Part shown: piece after piece, positions 48,676 to 59,548 of the stretch
How positions within the stretch are numbered: position 1 is the stretch's first letter
Layout: each line of letters begins with the position of its first letter
Position numbers and translations under genes: made by a program
Assembly: GCA_051013385.1 (NCBI GenBank)
Contig: CP143273.1
Coordinates: forward strand, 1,568,001-1,632,000
Direction: 5' to 3'
DNA from: Phormidium sp.
GTDB taxonomy: Bacteria; Cyanobacteriota; Cyanobacteriia; Cyanobacteriales; Aerosakkonemataceae
DNA: 64,000 nt
Notes under the pieces: model-generated
What the model saw: the letters and a program-made list of their open reading frames with translations, nothing else
What the model was told of the DNA's origin: nothing
The model's database searches: none

Positions 48676-48822
48676 AATCTGTCAAACCTTCTCTGACTTA
48701 GTAATAAATCTTTACATTTATATAATAATCCAGGTTTGGCAAACAAATTTGAGATTTGTGATTTTCCCGTTTCTTGTGCCTTAGCTATAAGCTAAAAACA
48801 TGGGTAAGTATAGAGGTCACAA

Positions 48823-49938
48823 ATGGAAATTGGCGTTCCCAAGGAAACAAAAGATCAGGAATTTCGAGTTGGTTTAAGTCCCAGTAGCGTGCGAGTGCTG
48901 CATGAAGCAGGGCACTTCATTTTTGTAGAGACACAAGCGGGTGCGGGTGCGGGTTTTGCGGATGAAAAATACATACAAGCTGGCGCAAAGATTGTTGATA
49001 CAGCTAAAGAAGCTTGGGATCGAGAATTGGTAGTTAAAGTTAAAGAGCCACTTTCGAGTGAGTATCAATTTTTGCAAAAAGAACAATTACTGTTTACGTA
49101 TCTACATTTAGCTGCCGATCGCACTTTAACCGAAGCATTAATTGATAGTGGGATTAGTGCGATCGCTTACGAAACCGTAGAATTAACCAACGGTAAACTT
49201 CCCCTCCTCACACCCATGAGCATTATCGCTGGACGTTTAGCAGTACAATTCGGAGCCAGATATCTCGAACGCCAACAAGGAGGACGAGGCGTTCTCTTAG
49301 GCGGCGTTCCCGGCGTTAGACCTGGAAAAGTAATGATTTTAGGCGGTGGCGTAGTCGGTACAGAAGCAGCACGCATCGCTGTAGGAATGGGTGCGCGAGT
49401 GCAAATTTTTGACGTGAATGTAGATCGTTTAGCTTATTTAGAAACTTTATATGGCTCCAGAGTCGAATACATTTACAGTAGTCCTAGTACGATCGAGAAA
49501 AATGTCATCGATACAGACTTACTCATCGGTGCAGTTTTAGTTACAGGGAAACGCGCCCCCATTCTTGTCTCCCGTAACTTCGTCAAACAAATGCGTCACG
49601 GCTCAGTCATTGTCGATGTTGCAGTCGATCAAGGCGGTTGTGTGGAAACCTTACATCCCACATCCCACACCCAACCAATCTACCTAGAAGAAGGCGTAGT
49701 CCATTACGGCGTACCCAATATGCCCGGAGCCGTTCCTTGGACTGCTACCCAAGCCCTGAACAATAGTACCTTACCCTACGTCCTCAAACTAGCTAATCAA
49801 GGCTTAAAAGCTTTGGAAACCGATCCTTTTTTGGCTAAAGGCTTAAATGTCCAAAATCACCAGTTAGTACATCCAGCCGTAAAAGAAGTATTTCCCGATC
49901 TGACTGGTAATGCCAAAGATCGTCAAAGTAAAGATTAA
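48823..49938 (+). CDS. ald: Alanine dehydrogenase
   Basis: IGVPKE, KVKEP, YLHLA, DVAVDQGG, VPNMPG. Confidence 0.97.
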   Translation: MEIGVPKETKDQEFRVGLSPSSVRVLHEAGHFIFVETQAGAGAGFADEKYIQAGAKIVDTAKEAWDRELVVKVKEPLSSEYQFLQKEQLLFTYLHLAADRTLTEALIDSGISAIAYETVELTNGKLPLLTPMSIIAGRLAVQFGARYLERQQGGRGVLLGGVPGVRPGKVMILGGGVVGTEAARIAVGMGARVQIFDVNVDRLAYLETLYGSRVEYIYSSPSTIEKNVIDTDLLIGAVLVTGKRAPILVSRNFVKQMRHGSVIVDVAVDQGGCVETLHPTSHTQPIYLEEGVVHYGVPNMPGAVPWTATQALNNSTLPYVLKLANQGLKALETDPFLAKGLNVQNHQLVHPAVKEVFPDLTGNAKDRQSKD

Positions 49939-50254
49939 CTACCAAAATCCATAATTGAGGGACAAAACAGTTTCTCTAATTGCTTTGTCCCTCTGTTAAT
50001 TTTTTGTTTGACTCATCAGTAAATATAAAAAAAAATCGGGAAAATAGTTACATTTTTACCAGAATTTTATTATTTGTCCCTATAATATATTTTTAATTAA
50101 CTTGATGTTGGCTCATGTAGTCTGTAACAATAACATAAACTAGCTCAAGGAAAACTAATTGTTATTTATTCTTTAAGCTTGGTAAAAAAATGTAATTTTT
50201 TGGCTAACAAAAACTAAAATTTAAAGTATAAAAGGGAATCGGGGAGAATCGGGA

Positions 50255-50653
50255 GTGGCAACAATACTAGTGATCGAAGACGCAGCACTGAGCCGTCAAG
50301 TGCTTCGGAGAATTTTACAACCTGAAGGTCATACAGTCTGGGAAGCTAAAAATGGGCTCGAAGGGTTGGAAATACTTCTGAAACAGCAACAGCGACCTGA
50401 CTGCATTTTAGTAGATATTTTAATGCCACAAATGGGAGGAGTGGAATTTCTTAAAGTAATGCGTCAGCAAGAATTTAAGATTCCCACAATTGTAATTACT
50501 GCTGATATTCAAGAAACTACGCGAGTAGAATGCTTGGAACTAGGAGCAATGACAGTTATACATAAAATGGTCAAGCCAGACGAACTGCGCCATTGGATTA
50601 AGAAAGCATTGGAAAATTCGGCCCAAGAAGAAAGTTATGAATCTAACACTTAG
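50255..50653 (+). CDS. Single-domain response regulator (CheY-like)
   Basis: IED, DILMP, TAD, HK. Confidence 0.9.
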   Translation: MATILVIEDAALSRQVLRRILQPEGHTVWEAKNGLEGLEILLKQQQRPDCILVDILMPQMGGVEFLKVMRQQEFKIPTIVITADIQETTRVECLELGAMTVIHKMVKPDELRHWIKKALENSAQEESYESNT

Positions 50654-51248
50654 TCATATAGACGCTTTACAGGAATTAGTTAATATTGGTGTAGGTCGAG
50701 CAGCTGGGGTATTAAATGATATGCTCGATTCTCCAATTCGGCTACATATTCCAGAGGTGAGATTACTATCTCCTGAAGAGTTAAAAGTAGAATTGAAAAG
50801 CCAATTTGATAATAGTTTATTGGCGACAGTACAGTTAAGTTTTTCTGGCTCATTTAGTGGTACGGCTGAATTAGTGTTTCCCTCAGAAAGTGCGGCGCAT
50901 TTAGTATCAGTTTTGACAGGAGAAGCTCCCGGAACTCCTGATTTGGATGTGGTGAAAATTGGAGCTTTGCTGGAAGTAGGAAATATTGTTCTCAATGGGA
51001 TAATGGGTTCTTTAAGTAATGCGTTAATTGAGCATTTGGATTATTCTTTACCTGCTTATAGTGAAAGTAAAGTAAATAACTTTCCCATTTTTGCAGATAT
51101 TGATGATAATACGAAAATTCTGTTAGCCCATACCTGTTTTATAATTGAGCAATTACAGATTTCGGGAGACATTATTTTAATGTTTACTGTCGGTTCTTTA
51201 GATACTCTACTCAAAGCGATCGAGCAAAATTTTGGGGAAACATTATGA
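50637..51248 (+). CDS. CheC-family phosphatase
   Basis: Two ExxN motifs (ELVNIG, EVGNI). Confidence 0.88.
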   Translation: MNLTLSHIDALQELVNIGVGRAAGVLNDMLDSPIRLHIPEVRLLSPEELKVELKSQFDNSLLATVQLSFSGSFSGTAELVFPSESAAHLVSVLTGEAPGTPDLDVVKIGALLEVGNIVLNGIMGSLSNALIEHLDYSLPAYSESKVNNFPIFADIDDNTKILLAHTCFIIEQLQISGDIILMFTVGSLDTLLKAIEQNFGETL

Positions 51249-53248
51249 ACGATCTAGAATTAGCTCAAACAGAATTTGGCATTCTCGATCGCGTTCCCGA
51301 AGGAGTTTGCATTCTGCGAGAAGATTTCAACGTCGTGTTTTGGAACCGCTGTTTAGAAAATTGGACGGGAATTCCTCGCAGTGAGATTTTAGGAAAAAAT
51401 ATTAGTATTTATTTCCCCCATTTATATCAACCAAAATATATTTTTCGTTTACAACAAATTTTTTGTGGTGGGCCACCGACGATCTTTTCTTCTCAATTAC
51501 ATAAATCAATTATTCCTTGTCAGTTATCAGATGGTAAGTGGCGAATTCAGCATACTACCGTAACACCTGTACCAGCGGTAAATGCTCAGGAAAAAAAGAG
51601 CGAAAAAATTGGCGATCGCCCTCTTCAACAACCATTTTATGCCTTATTTGTCATCGAAGATGTCACTGATTTAACCAAACGCATCCAAGACTATCGGACT
51701 ATGCGCGATCAAGCTTTAGAAGAAATTAGCGAGCGCAAAAAGGTAGAAGAAGAACTGCGAAGAAGCCAACATTTTATTCAAAAGGTAGCTGATACTGCTC
51801 CCTATATTTTATATATATATGATTTAGTTAATCAACAAATATTTTATGTTAATGAACAAGTCAATATATTGTTGGGATATAGTATTGGAGAAATTCAAGA
51901 AATAGATGTAAAGAACTTTGTCCAATTGATTCACCCAGAAGATTTAGAGCAGTTTCCAGCCCACTTTGCCAAATTCGATCGGGCTCAAGAAGGGGATATA
52001 ATTGAAATCGATTATCGGGTACGTCATAATTCGGGAGAATGGCGCTGGTTTCATTGTCGAGAAGTAATTTTTACCAGAACACCTGATGGGAAACCGCAAC
52101 AAATTTTGGGAACAGCGCAAGATATTAGCGAACGCAAAAAAGCGGAAGTAGCTTTGCAGTTACAGATAGAAAAAGAAAGGTTAATGGCGGGAATTACGCA
52201 ACAGATTCGCCGTTCTTTAAACTTAAATGAAGTTCTCCACACGGCGGTAACAGAAGTGCGCCATTTTTTGCAAGCAGATCGAGCGATCGTTTGTCGATTT
52301 GAATATAATAGCGAGGGGGAAAAGCAAAATATTAAGTTAGGAATAATTACCGTAGAATCAAGAGCTTATGATTGCCAAAGTATCTTGGGATTAAAGATGC
52401 CAATTTCTTATTTAAATCAGGATTGTTGCTGTTTATATCAACAGGATGGAATCAGAAAGATAGATAATTTTTGTGTTGAAGATTCTTACTGTTATCATCA
52501 AGTATTACTCAAAAAGTGGCAAGTAAAATCTTGCTTAGAAGTGCCGATTCGCCAAGGAAAGAAGTTATGGGGTGTTCTGATAGTGCATTATTGCCAATCA
52601 ACTAGAAAATGGCAATCATTAGAAGTAGATTTAATGAAAGAATTAGCTAATCAATTAACGATCGCCATTCAACAAGCAGAACTTTATCAAAAACTGCAAG
52701 CAGCGAATCAAGAATTATCTCGGTTAGCTTCATCAGATAGTTTAACTGAATTGGCAAATCGGCGGCGGTTTGATGAATATTTAGCTAAGGAATGGCGCAG
52801 ATTAGAAAGAGAACAAGCGCCTTTATCTTTGATTCTCTGCGACGTGGATTTTTTCAAAAAATATAATGATACTTATGGACATCAAGCCGGAGATTTTTGT
52901 TTACAAGAAGTAGCGATCGCCATTCGTAAAGCAGTAAGAAGACCAGCAGATTTAGTCGCACGTTACGGAGGCGAAGAATTTGCGATCGTACTACCTCGTA
53001 CTCCCGTTGATGGCGCATATCATGTAGCAGAAACTATCAGAAAAAACGTCATCGGATTGAAGCTTCTTCATGCAGCTTCCCCAATTAATCAATACGTTAC
53101 AATCAGTATCGGAATTACTACCATAGTTCCCAATCATCGATGTTGGCCTGCCAAGTTAATTGAAGCAGCAGACAAAGCCCTTTATCAAGCAAAGCAATCA
53201 GGTCGAAATTGTGCGATCGGTTTGCGCGTAGAATCAACTACAGTTTAA
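51245..53248 (+). CDS. Diguanylate cyclase PAS-PAS-GAF-GGEEF
   Basis: RPAD I-site, RYGGEEF; ATGA overlap with the CheC gene. Confidence 0.92.
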   Translation: MNDLELAQTEFGILDRVPEGVCILREDFNVVFWNRCLENWTGIPRSEILGKNISIYFPHLYQPKYIFRLQQIFCGGPPTIFSSQLHKSIIPCQLSDGKWRIQHTTVTPVPAVNAQEKKSEKIGDRPLQQPFYALFVIEDVTDLTKRIQDYRTMRDQALEEISERKKVEEELRRSQHFIQKVADTAPYILYIYDLVNQQIFYVNEQVNILLGYSIGEIQEIDVKNFVQLIHPEDLEQFPAHFAKFDRAQEGDIIEIDYRVRHNSGEWRWFHCREVIFTRTPDGKPQQILGTAQDISERKKAEVALQLQIEKERLMAGITQQIRRSLNLNEVLHTAVTEVRHFLQADRAIVCRFEYNSEGEKQNIKLGIITVESRAYDCQSILGLKMPISYLNQDCCCLYQQDGIRKIDNFCVEDSYCYHQVLLKKWQVKSCLEVPIRQGKKLWGVLIVHYCQSTRKWQSLEVDLMKELANQLTIAIQQAELYQKLQAANQELSRLASSDSLTELANRRRFDEYLAKEWRRLEREQAPLSLILCDVDFFKKYNDTYGHQAGDFCLQEVAIAIRKAVRRPADLVARYGGEEFAIVLPRTPVDGAYHVAETIRKNVIGLKLLHAASPINQYVTISIGITTIVPNHRCWPAKLIEAADKALYQAKQSGRNCAIGLRVESTTV

Positions 53249-53483
53249 GAGAAATTCCTTTTAAGCGAACACTTAAAGAATTCAGGTGAGGAAATTTTTT
53301 CAAACTTTGACCCGTCAAACAAAGTGAGGAATGTCTTCAAACCGAAATCAAATCCAGCAATTTTACCTGTCTCGTTCAGAGTTTTGATGATATCAATTGT
53401 ACTATTTTACGGCTGAATAAATTCAGCCATTCGCTCATATCCCCCGTTTACAAAACGGGGGCTTTACGCTTCACGATTAGTAA
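53245..53483 (-). mobile_element. IS200/IS605 (IS1341-like) remnant: left end plus tnpB RuvC-I fragment
   Basis: TTAC + AAAGCCCCCG-TTTTGTAAA-CGGGGG hairpin end; 53373-53245 reads ETGKIAGFDFGLKTFLTLFDGSKFEKISSPEFFK. Confidence 0.8.
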
Positions 53484-53534
53484 AGATATGCGATAACATC
53501 ACAGATGTAGTACAAAACACATCTGAACTCAGTT

Positions 53535-53897
53535 ATGGAACCAGATTCATTACCAACTGAGGTGATTCTGACGTATCCACGTCGTTCTCTGGGTAAAATT
53601 AACCTCGACTGGACACCTCAACCCGGAAACTATCTCAATTTAGAAGGTCAAACTTACGCTGTTTTAGAACGCAGTCACCGCTACCAATATAAACTAGGTG
53701 GCTATGAACTCCATAAAATTGCCCTTTATGTCCAATCAGCGCCAAGTACGGCTGATAGAAGTTTGTACAAAGGTCGCTGGGTAGTGGGAGACGCTAGTTG
53801 TCGGTTTAATGCACATTCGGAAATTATGCGTTGTGCGGTTAATCCAGATGGCCCATGCGATCGCTGTCGTCATTATGAATCATCTGCTGCCCAATAA
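53535..53897 (+). CDS. DUF6464-type Cys-rich protein
   Basis: CRFNAHS..RCAVNPDGPC..CRHY. Confidence 0.8.
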   Translation: MEPDSLPTEVILTYPRRSLGKINLDWTPQPGNYLNLEGQTYAVLERSHRYQYKLGGYELHKIALYVQSAPSTADRSLYKGRWVVGDASCRFNAHSEIMRCAVNPDGPCDRCRHYESSAAQ

Positions 53898-53904
53898 AGT
53901 TCTA

Positions 53905-54909
53905 TCACCGACCATTTTCTAACACCTCTCCCACTGTTAAACGAGTTCCGTTAACAAAATCCCATCCTGACTGGGGACGTTTGCCAGCAATTTGAACTTC
54001 TCTAAGTAGCAAAAGTCCCTCTCCGGTTTGAATGATCGGCCCAATCCCCTTGGCAAGACTGACGACTTCCCCAGGTTTACCAACATGAGAAGCTAAATTA
54101 GCCCAGTCTTTTTCTAACACTTTTAAAGATGGGGGTAAATCTGCCCAGTACTCGGAGCCAAGGGGGGCAGTAGCGGTAATTTTTAGCGCATTTCCCCGTA
54201 AAGTTGCGACACAATCGGGATAAAATCCTCTAATTTGGTTGTGTAATGCGATCGCTTTTTGTGACCAATCAATCAAATAATCCGGCTTTTTAATCAGGGA
54301 AGCATAAGTAGCTATGGAATCATCTTGAGGAATCGGTTCAATTTCTTGGCGCTGCAAATTTAAGAGAGTTTCTATTAATAAATCTGCCCCTATTTGAGAT
54401 AAAGTTTTAGCTAAATCTAGGGAATTATCTAATAATGCGATCGGTGTCTTTGCTTTTAACAACATTGCGCCAGTATCCATCCCCGCATCCATCAACATGG
54501 TAGTAATACCCGTTTCTTTTTCCCCATGATACAGACACCATTGAATTGGGGCAGCACCTCGGTATTTAGGCAAAATGGAACCGTGAACATTAATACAACC
54601 AATTTTGGGCATATCCAAAATTTGCCGAGAAAGTATTTGCCCGTAAGCTACCACCACAAATACATCGGCGGCTGTTTCTTGCAATAACGCCAGAGTTTCT
54701 GGATCTTTTTTAATTCTTACTGGTTGCCAAACTGGTAATTTATGAGTTACAGCTAACCCTTTCACCGGAGAAGGTATCAATTGATTACCTCTACCGCGAC
54801 GTTTATCCGGTTGAGTAACTACAGCCAAAACTTCAAACTCTGGATGATTTAACAGTTTTTCCAAAGTTGGAACCGCGAATTCAGGTGTGCCAAAAAAGAT
54901 GATTTTCAT
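53905..54909 (-). CDS. fmt: Methionyl-tRNA formyltransferase
   Basis: [32 protein letters not shown]. Confidence 0.97.
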   Translation of the reverse strand: MKIIFFGTPEFAVPTLEKLLNHPEFEVLAVVTQPDKRRGRGNQLIPSPVKGLAVTHKLPVWQPVRIKKDPETLALLQETAADVFVVVAYGQILSRQILDMPKIGCINVHGSILPKYRGAAPIQWCLYHGEKETGITTMLMDAGMDTGAMLLKAKTPIALLDNSLDLAKTLSQIGADLLIETLLNLQRQEIEPIPQDDSIATYASLIKKPDYLIDWSQKAIALHNQIRGFYPDCVATLRGNALKITATAPLGSEYWADLPPSLKVLEKDWANLASHVGKPGEVVSLAKGIGPIIQTGEGLLLLREVQIAGKRPQSGWDFVNGTRLTVGEVLENGR

Positions 54910-54965
54910 TAATTAAGTAAAGGGAACAGGGAACAGGGACAACGGAAAAAGCGAAAATCTAAAAT

Positions 54966-55724
54966 TTATTTGGGGGTTACTTTAATTTCTACCCGGCGGT
55001 TAAATTGCAAGTTGGTTTGATTTTCATCATTAACTAAAGGACTAATTTCCCCGTAACCTACAGGTATCCAGGTATAGGATCGATCCAAGCTAGAGGAGAG
55101 ATATTGCGCCATCGCTTCTGCTTGGCGAAAGGATAAGGCACGATTGTTACTTGGTTCACCCACACTATCAGTATGCAAGCCAATCACAACTGTTGCGCCT
55201 GGGTAATTTTTTAACTCATCAACCAACTTATCCAAAACTGGTTTTCCCTCAGTTAAGAGAAAACTTTGGTTATCTTCAAACAAAACATCCGCTGGAAATT
55301 TTCCCACCAGAGTATCTCGATTAATCAGCGGTTGGGTAGATAAAGCTAATTGACTAGCGCTTGGGAGTTGGGCTAAGTTTACCCGCAATTGTTGCCGAAT
55401 TGCTTTAATTCTGGCTTCTAGTTTAGGGTTATTGCCCCTCGTCTTTAACTGTCTTTCCCAGCGTTGTAACTCTGTTTCCAGTTGCTTCCTTTGCGCCGTT
55501 GTCAATTGCGCCTTCGTCTCCGGTTGACCAGCAACGTTAGGTTTATTACTATTCTCATCAGCATCCATCCCTGGAATTAATTCCGGTACTTTTGCTACCA
55601 AAGGTTTTTGCGGCGTTGATGCAGGATAAACAGTAGCTAATGCCACACCCAACAGGGCAGCGAAACCACCTCCTACCACCAACAATAAAAGTCTAAACAG
55701 AAAAACTAAGAAAAATCGCCCCAT
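54966..55724 (-). CDS. OmpA-like C-terminal domain membrane protein
   Basis: HTD, LSFRQA, GYGE, NRRVEI. Confidence 0.88.
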   Translation of the reverse strand: MGRFFLVFLFRLLLLVVGGGFAALLGVALATVYPASTPQKPLVAKVPELIPGMDADENSNKPNVAGQPETKAQLTTAQRKQLETELQRWERQLKTRGNNPKLEARIKAIRQQLRVNLAQLPSASQLALSTQPLINRDTLVGKFPADVLFEDNQSFLLTEGKPVLDKLVDELKNYPGATVVIGLHTDSVGEPSNNRALSFRQAEAMAQYLSSSLDRSYTWIPVGYGEISPLVNDENQTNLQFNRRVEIKVTPK

Positions 55725-55851
55725 GTTGATTTTAATAAGTTTATCGGGAGCCAGAAAAACTTACTCCTGTTGATCCTTTTTTGTCAAGTCACCTAAAGAA
55801 GTAAGTTCTATTTAACTAAGTAAAACAACCAGCGAAGGTATCTTAAAAACC

Positions 55852-55900
55852 GTCAACTACCACACCCACGAGGGGACGGGGTTTTACGCACGTTTAATAA
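55852..55900 (-). mobile_element. Minimal IS200/IS605-derived element (PATE-like; left and right ends fused)
   Basis: Minus strand TTATTAAACGTGCGTAAAACCCCGTCC...GGGTGTGGTAGTTGAC. Confidence 0.55.
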
Positions 55901-56008
55901 ATAAATTCCCACCTACTCTAGCAATTTGTCCAGATATGTATAGAATATGCTCAACCGTTCCTTTGGCCGTTCCTCCTTACACTAGAAGCGCTCTCAAGAG
56001 AAATATCA

Positions 56009-56905
56009 ATGTTTAAACGTCCACTGAATATTGGTCAGTATCTAATCAAACCACGCCAGTTAACCCTGACAACTGTGCTAGTTATCGCTTCCGCTTTAGT
56101 TGCGGGAAATTTATCGGCTTCTGCGAAAAGGGTAATACCAGTAAAATCTGTTACTGAGCAATTACCTAATCAAAAAACTGTTCCCGCAGTTCGCCCAACT
56201 GTGCCAGTAACAGAACCATCTCAAGCTCAGGTCGATCCTTTGGACAGTCCCTATCCTGTACCTTGGAATTGGGTGATGTCAACTCATGAACAGGTGAGTT
56301 CTACTAAAGGTTCGGGAGTTCGCTTCTACCGCACTCCCTCAGTGATTTCGCCGGATGGTAAGTATGCGGCTTACAGTCGGGTGCAACTGCGAGTCAAGCC
56401 GGAACTGTATAACAGTCATGTTAGCAGTGTGATGTTTGTGGAGAATTTGCAAACTAAACAGTTGCGAGTGGTGACGGCTAGTTCTCCTTTAGCGAACAAT
56501 CCGAACAAAGCCAAAGAAGCTGGGGATATGCCTGGGATTGTGACTATTTTAATTCCGGTTTCTTGGTCGGCAAGTGGCGATCGACTTTTGGCGCGTCAGT
56601 TTGAAGGTAGCCTCAGCGCTAGCGATGCTTCCGACTATGCAGTAGTTTGGGATCGCAATACGGGTCGCAGTAATACAATTTCTCCTAGCAATGCTGCCGA
56701 ATATGGTCAAGCAATTTTGCTAGGTTGGAGTAAAGCTAACCCAAAAGATGTGATTTTCCAAGCCGGGGAATTAGGCGACGAAAAACGTCAATTATGGGCA
56801 GTTAATATTCAGGGTAGGACGATCGCAGCTAAACTTGAAGATCAGCCGATCGTTTTTGGCAGCACCGTAAAACAAGCTTGGGCAGGGCCTCAAGCTGGTT
56901 GGTAA
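56009..56905 (+). CDS. Secreted hypothetical protein (TolB-like propeller segments)
   Basis: Signal peptide; SPDG..AAYSR, PVSWS..GDRLL. Confidence 0.75.
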   Translation: MFKRPLNIGQYLIKPRQLTLTTVLVIASALVAGNLSASAKRVIPVKSVTEQLPNQKTVPAVRPTVPVTEPSQAQVDPLDSPYPVPWNWVMSTHEQVSSTKGSGVRFYRTPSVISPDGKYAAYSRVQLRVKPELYNSHVSSVMFVENLQTKQLRVVTASSPLANNPNKAKEAGDMPGIVTILIPVSWSASGDRLLARQFEGSLSASDASDYAVVWDRNTGRSNTISPSNAAEYGQAILLGWSKANPKDVIFQAGELGDEKRQLWAVNIQGRTIAAKLEDQPIVFGSTVKQAWAGPQAGW

Positions 56906-56907
56906 AC

Positions 56908-56942
56908 TAGATCCCCGACTTTTTGAAGAAGTCGGGGATCTA
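56908..56942. repeat. Palindrome TAGATCCCCGACTT-N7-AAGTCGGGGATCTA between convergent genes
   Basis: Perfect 14-bp arms; supplies the stop codon of the minus-strand gene. Confidence 0.8.
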
Positions 56943-57431
56943 GGTAGCCAAAAACTGAGTTACTAACTCAATCGCTGAAGCCGGATTTTGAGCGATCGCC
57001 ACTTGATTTTTAGCTAAACTTTGAAAAAAAACTTGACTATTCTCATCATTATTTAACAAAATTACTTTTTTATTTGCCCTCAAAGCTAAAGCAATTTCGG
57101 AAGCAGTTCCAGCACCCATACCACAAGCAATAATCACATCGCTGGAAAGCACATTAATATTATTTCGCGCATTTCCTAAATCGGTAACAATGGCAATATC
57201 TACAGCAACAGAAGCAGTGGTAATATCAGAGGAAGGAAGAATACCGACGGTTAAACCATTGGCGGCTTTTGCACCTTTACTGGCAGCATCCATTACACCT
57301 TCCTTTCTTCCCCCTGTGAGCAATACCCATCCAGCTTGGGCAATTAATTTTCCTAGCTGATAAGCATTTTCTAAATCCAGGTTTGTGGCGTTATTGCCTG
57401 GGCCCATGACACCAATAATAATTTTTCTCAT
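56940..57431 (-). CDS. TIGR00725/LOG-like Rossmann-fold nucleotide-binding protein
   Basis: LTGG..GVM, ARNNIN, GAGTASE. Confidence 0.88.
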   Translation of the reverse strand: MRKIIIGVMGPGNNATNLDLENAYQLGKLIAQAGWVLLTGGRKEGVMDAASKGAKAANGLTVGILPSSDITTASVAVDIAIVTDLGNARNNINVLSSDVIIACGMGAGTASEIALALRANKKVILLNNDENSQVFFQSLAKNQVAIAQNPASAIELVTQFLAT

Positions 57432-57452
57432 CACAATCTCTAAGTTTTTAAT

Positions 57453-58421
57453 ATGGCAAAAATATCTATAGATACTGTGGAACAAATGCGGCAGGAGTTG
57501 CTGGAAGATTCCCAACTAAATTTTAACTTTATGATTCTGACCATAGGTGCTTGTTTGATCGCTACCTTTGGCTTAGTTAGCAATAGTGCAGCTGTAATTA
57601 TTGGGGCGATGATTGTTGCACCATTAATGATGCCGTTGCGGGGAGCAGCTTTTGGCGCGTTGGAAGGAGATCGAATGTTATTCCGGGAAGCTGTTAAGTC
57701 GATCGCTATTGCCACTTTATTTTCTACCCTAGTTTCATGGTCGATCGGGCGTTTAATTGGTTTACCTGAATTTGGCTCGGAAGTTCTGGCTCGCACTGAA
57801 CCAACTTTACTGGATTTGGGAGTGGCTGTAACCGCTGGTGCAATCAGTGGTTTTGCTAAGGTAAGACCAAAAATTAGTGATGCTTTCGCCGGAACTGCGA
57901 TCGCCGTTGCCTTAATGCCCCCCATCTGTGTAGTTGGCTTAAGTTTATCTCAAGGAATTTGGAATTATAGTTGGGGCGCTTTCTTACTTTATCTCACCAA
58001 TCTTTTGGGCATTATTCTCGCTTGTATGTTGGTGTTTATCGGTGCGGGATATGCTAAGTACAACCATGCTTTCAATTGGACTTTAGGTATGGCTAGCATT
58101 TTATTGATCCCTTTGGGAATCAGTTTTTTTCAACTCCTCAGACAAGCCCAACTTCACCACACGATCAAGACGATTCTCCTTAAGCGTACTATTACGGTGG
58201 GTCAAATGGTGGAACTGAAACAGACCAACGTTGACTGGTCAGCCAAGCCACCAAGAGTTTACTTGACAGTGCGAAGTAACAACCTGGTTACTCCCAACCA
58301 AGTTCACCTGGTAGAAAATTTCCTTTCCAAAGAAATGGGCAGACCTTTTACTCTCGTGTTTCAAGTTGAACAAATTCAGGAAGTCAGAGCCAAAGATTCC
58401 GTAGAATCACCTAAAGAATAA
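57453..58421 (+). CDS. DUF389 membrane protein
   Basis: AVIIGAMIVAPLM, GTAIAVALMPP. Confidence 0.9.
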   Translation: MAKISIDTVEQMRQELLEDSQLNFNFMILTIGACLIATFGLVSNSAAVIIGAMIVAPLMMPLRGAAFGALEGDRMLFREAVKSIAIATLFSTLVSWSIGRLIGLPEFGSEVLARTEPTLLDLGVAVTAGAISGFAKVRPKISDAFAGTAIAVALMPPICVVGLSLSQGIWNYSWGAFLLYLTNLLGIILACMLVFIGAGYAKYNHAFNWTLGMASILLIPLGISFFQLLRQAQLHHTIKTILLKRTITVGQMVELKQTNVDWSAKPPRVYLTVRSNNLVTPNQVHLVENFLSKEMGRPFTLVFQVEQIQEVRAKDSVESPKE

Positions 58422-58908
58422 TTTTTACTTCCCGAAAAGAGGACTCCAAGGCAGAAAGTTCCCAGAACAGAAGGTTTGTCTTCAGCTTTTTTTTCACTGT
58501 ATAGTTATTTATGCTACGCTGCACTAGTTACTTCTACTATTATTTTTTGTCGGTAGTTTTAACTAAGGGCTGCGTGTATTTACATAAACTTTAAACAGCC
58601 GCTTCTCAGGGGAGTTGGCTGTAAACCTTGTCAAGTTTATCTTTTGGTAGAGCGCAAGTTAAAAAGCTCAGATGAGATGGTTGTAAAGTTTATGTAAAAT
58701 TACTGATAAGTGCTTGAGTTTACGGATAAACTTACATAAGTTAAGTAATAAGCAACAAAAATCAGAGTAAAATTACATAGTAATTTCTTCCCTCTGGTCT
58801 GTTCGAGTTACAAATTGCCTGAGTAGCTCTTACTAGCCTGAAGTGTTGGCGATCGTACTCGGTTAACATCTACTCAATCAAACGGTTAACTCTAGGGGAA
58901 TCAGTAAA

Positions 58909-59538
58909 ATGTATATGAGTAATACCATAGAAACCTTATCAGGAAAGAATGGAATAAATAAGAGAAATAGTTATAAAGGATTAGCGGCAAAAAACCAGGC
59001 TATAAAGCTAGTTAGAACCAGGGAAAACTTAAGAGCAACCGATATAGTAGATTGGCAAGAATTCGGTAAAGAATTTGATTTCCTTTCCGCTCCTTTGCAG
59101 GTTCATTCTCGCAATGGAGTCAAACTAAAAGTAAGTTCTAGGGGAAGTTTTCTGCGGCTTGATGAAGGTAGCGGAATCAAAGGAAATTTTCCATCAGGAG
59201 ACAAATTACTGTTTTTAGAGTTTTCTGACAGTGCAATTACAATTGATTTTGCTACTCCTATTTTTGGTGTCGGTACACAAATTCAAAGGGCATTTTTTGG
59301 GGCTTTCACGGGAGTAATTGAAGCTTTCGATCGCAGTGGTAAAAGTTTAGGCAAATTCAGTATTCGCGGTAACAGTGACAATGCTGGTAATGACTCAGCA
59401 CCATTTATCGGTGTACTGAGTAAAACCGCTAATATTAGCAGAATCACCTTATATGTACCAGAAAATAATGGTTATGGCTTTACTATTAACGGGTTGCATT
59501 TAGTCACTCGGAATTTACCGCATATTGCAGGTTTTTAA
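58909..59538 (+). CDS. Hypothetical beta-rich protein (resembles domains of PEP-CTERM surface proteins)
   Basis: ITIDFATPIFGVGTQIQ, FIGV..ANISRI; no signal peptide or PEP-CTERM tail seen. Confidence 0.6.
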   Translation: MYMSNTIETLSGKNGINKRNSYKGLAAKNQAIKLVRTRENLRATDIVDWQEFGKEFDFLSAPLQVHSRNGVKLKVSSRGSFLRLDEGSGIKGNFPSGDKLLFLEFSDSAITIDFATPIFGVGTQIQRAFFGAFTGVIEAFDRSGKSLGKFSIRGNSDNAGNDSAPFIGVLSKTANISRITLYVPENNGYGFTINGLHLVTRNLPHIAGF

Positions 59539-59548
59539 ATTACACCCC

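Noticed and set aside
48700..48725. HLR1 (RpaB) or NtcA site upstream of the HLIP gene
   Set aside because: Only one good TTTACATT half-site; GTA-TAC spacing is 9, not 8.
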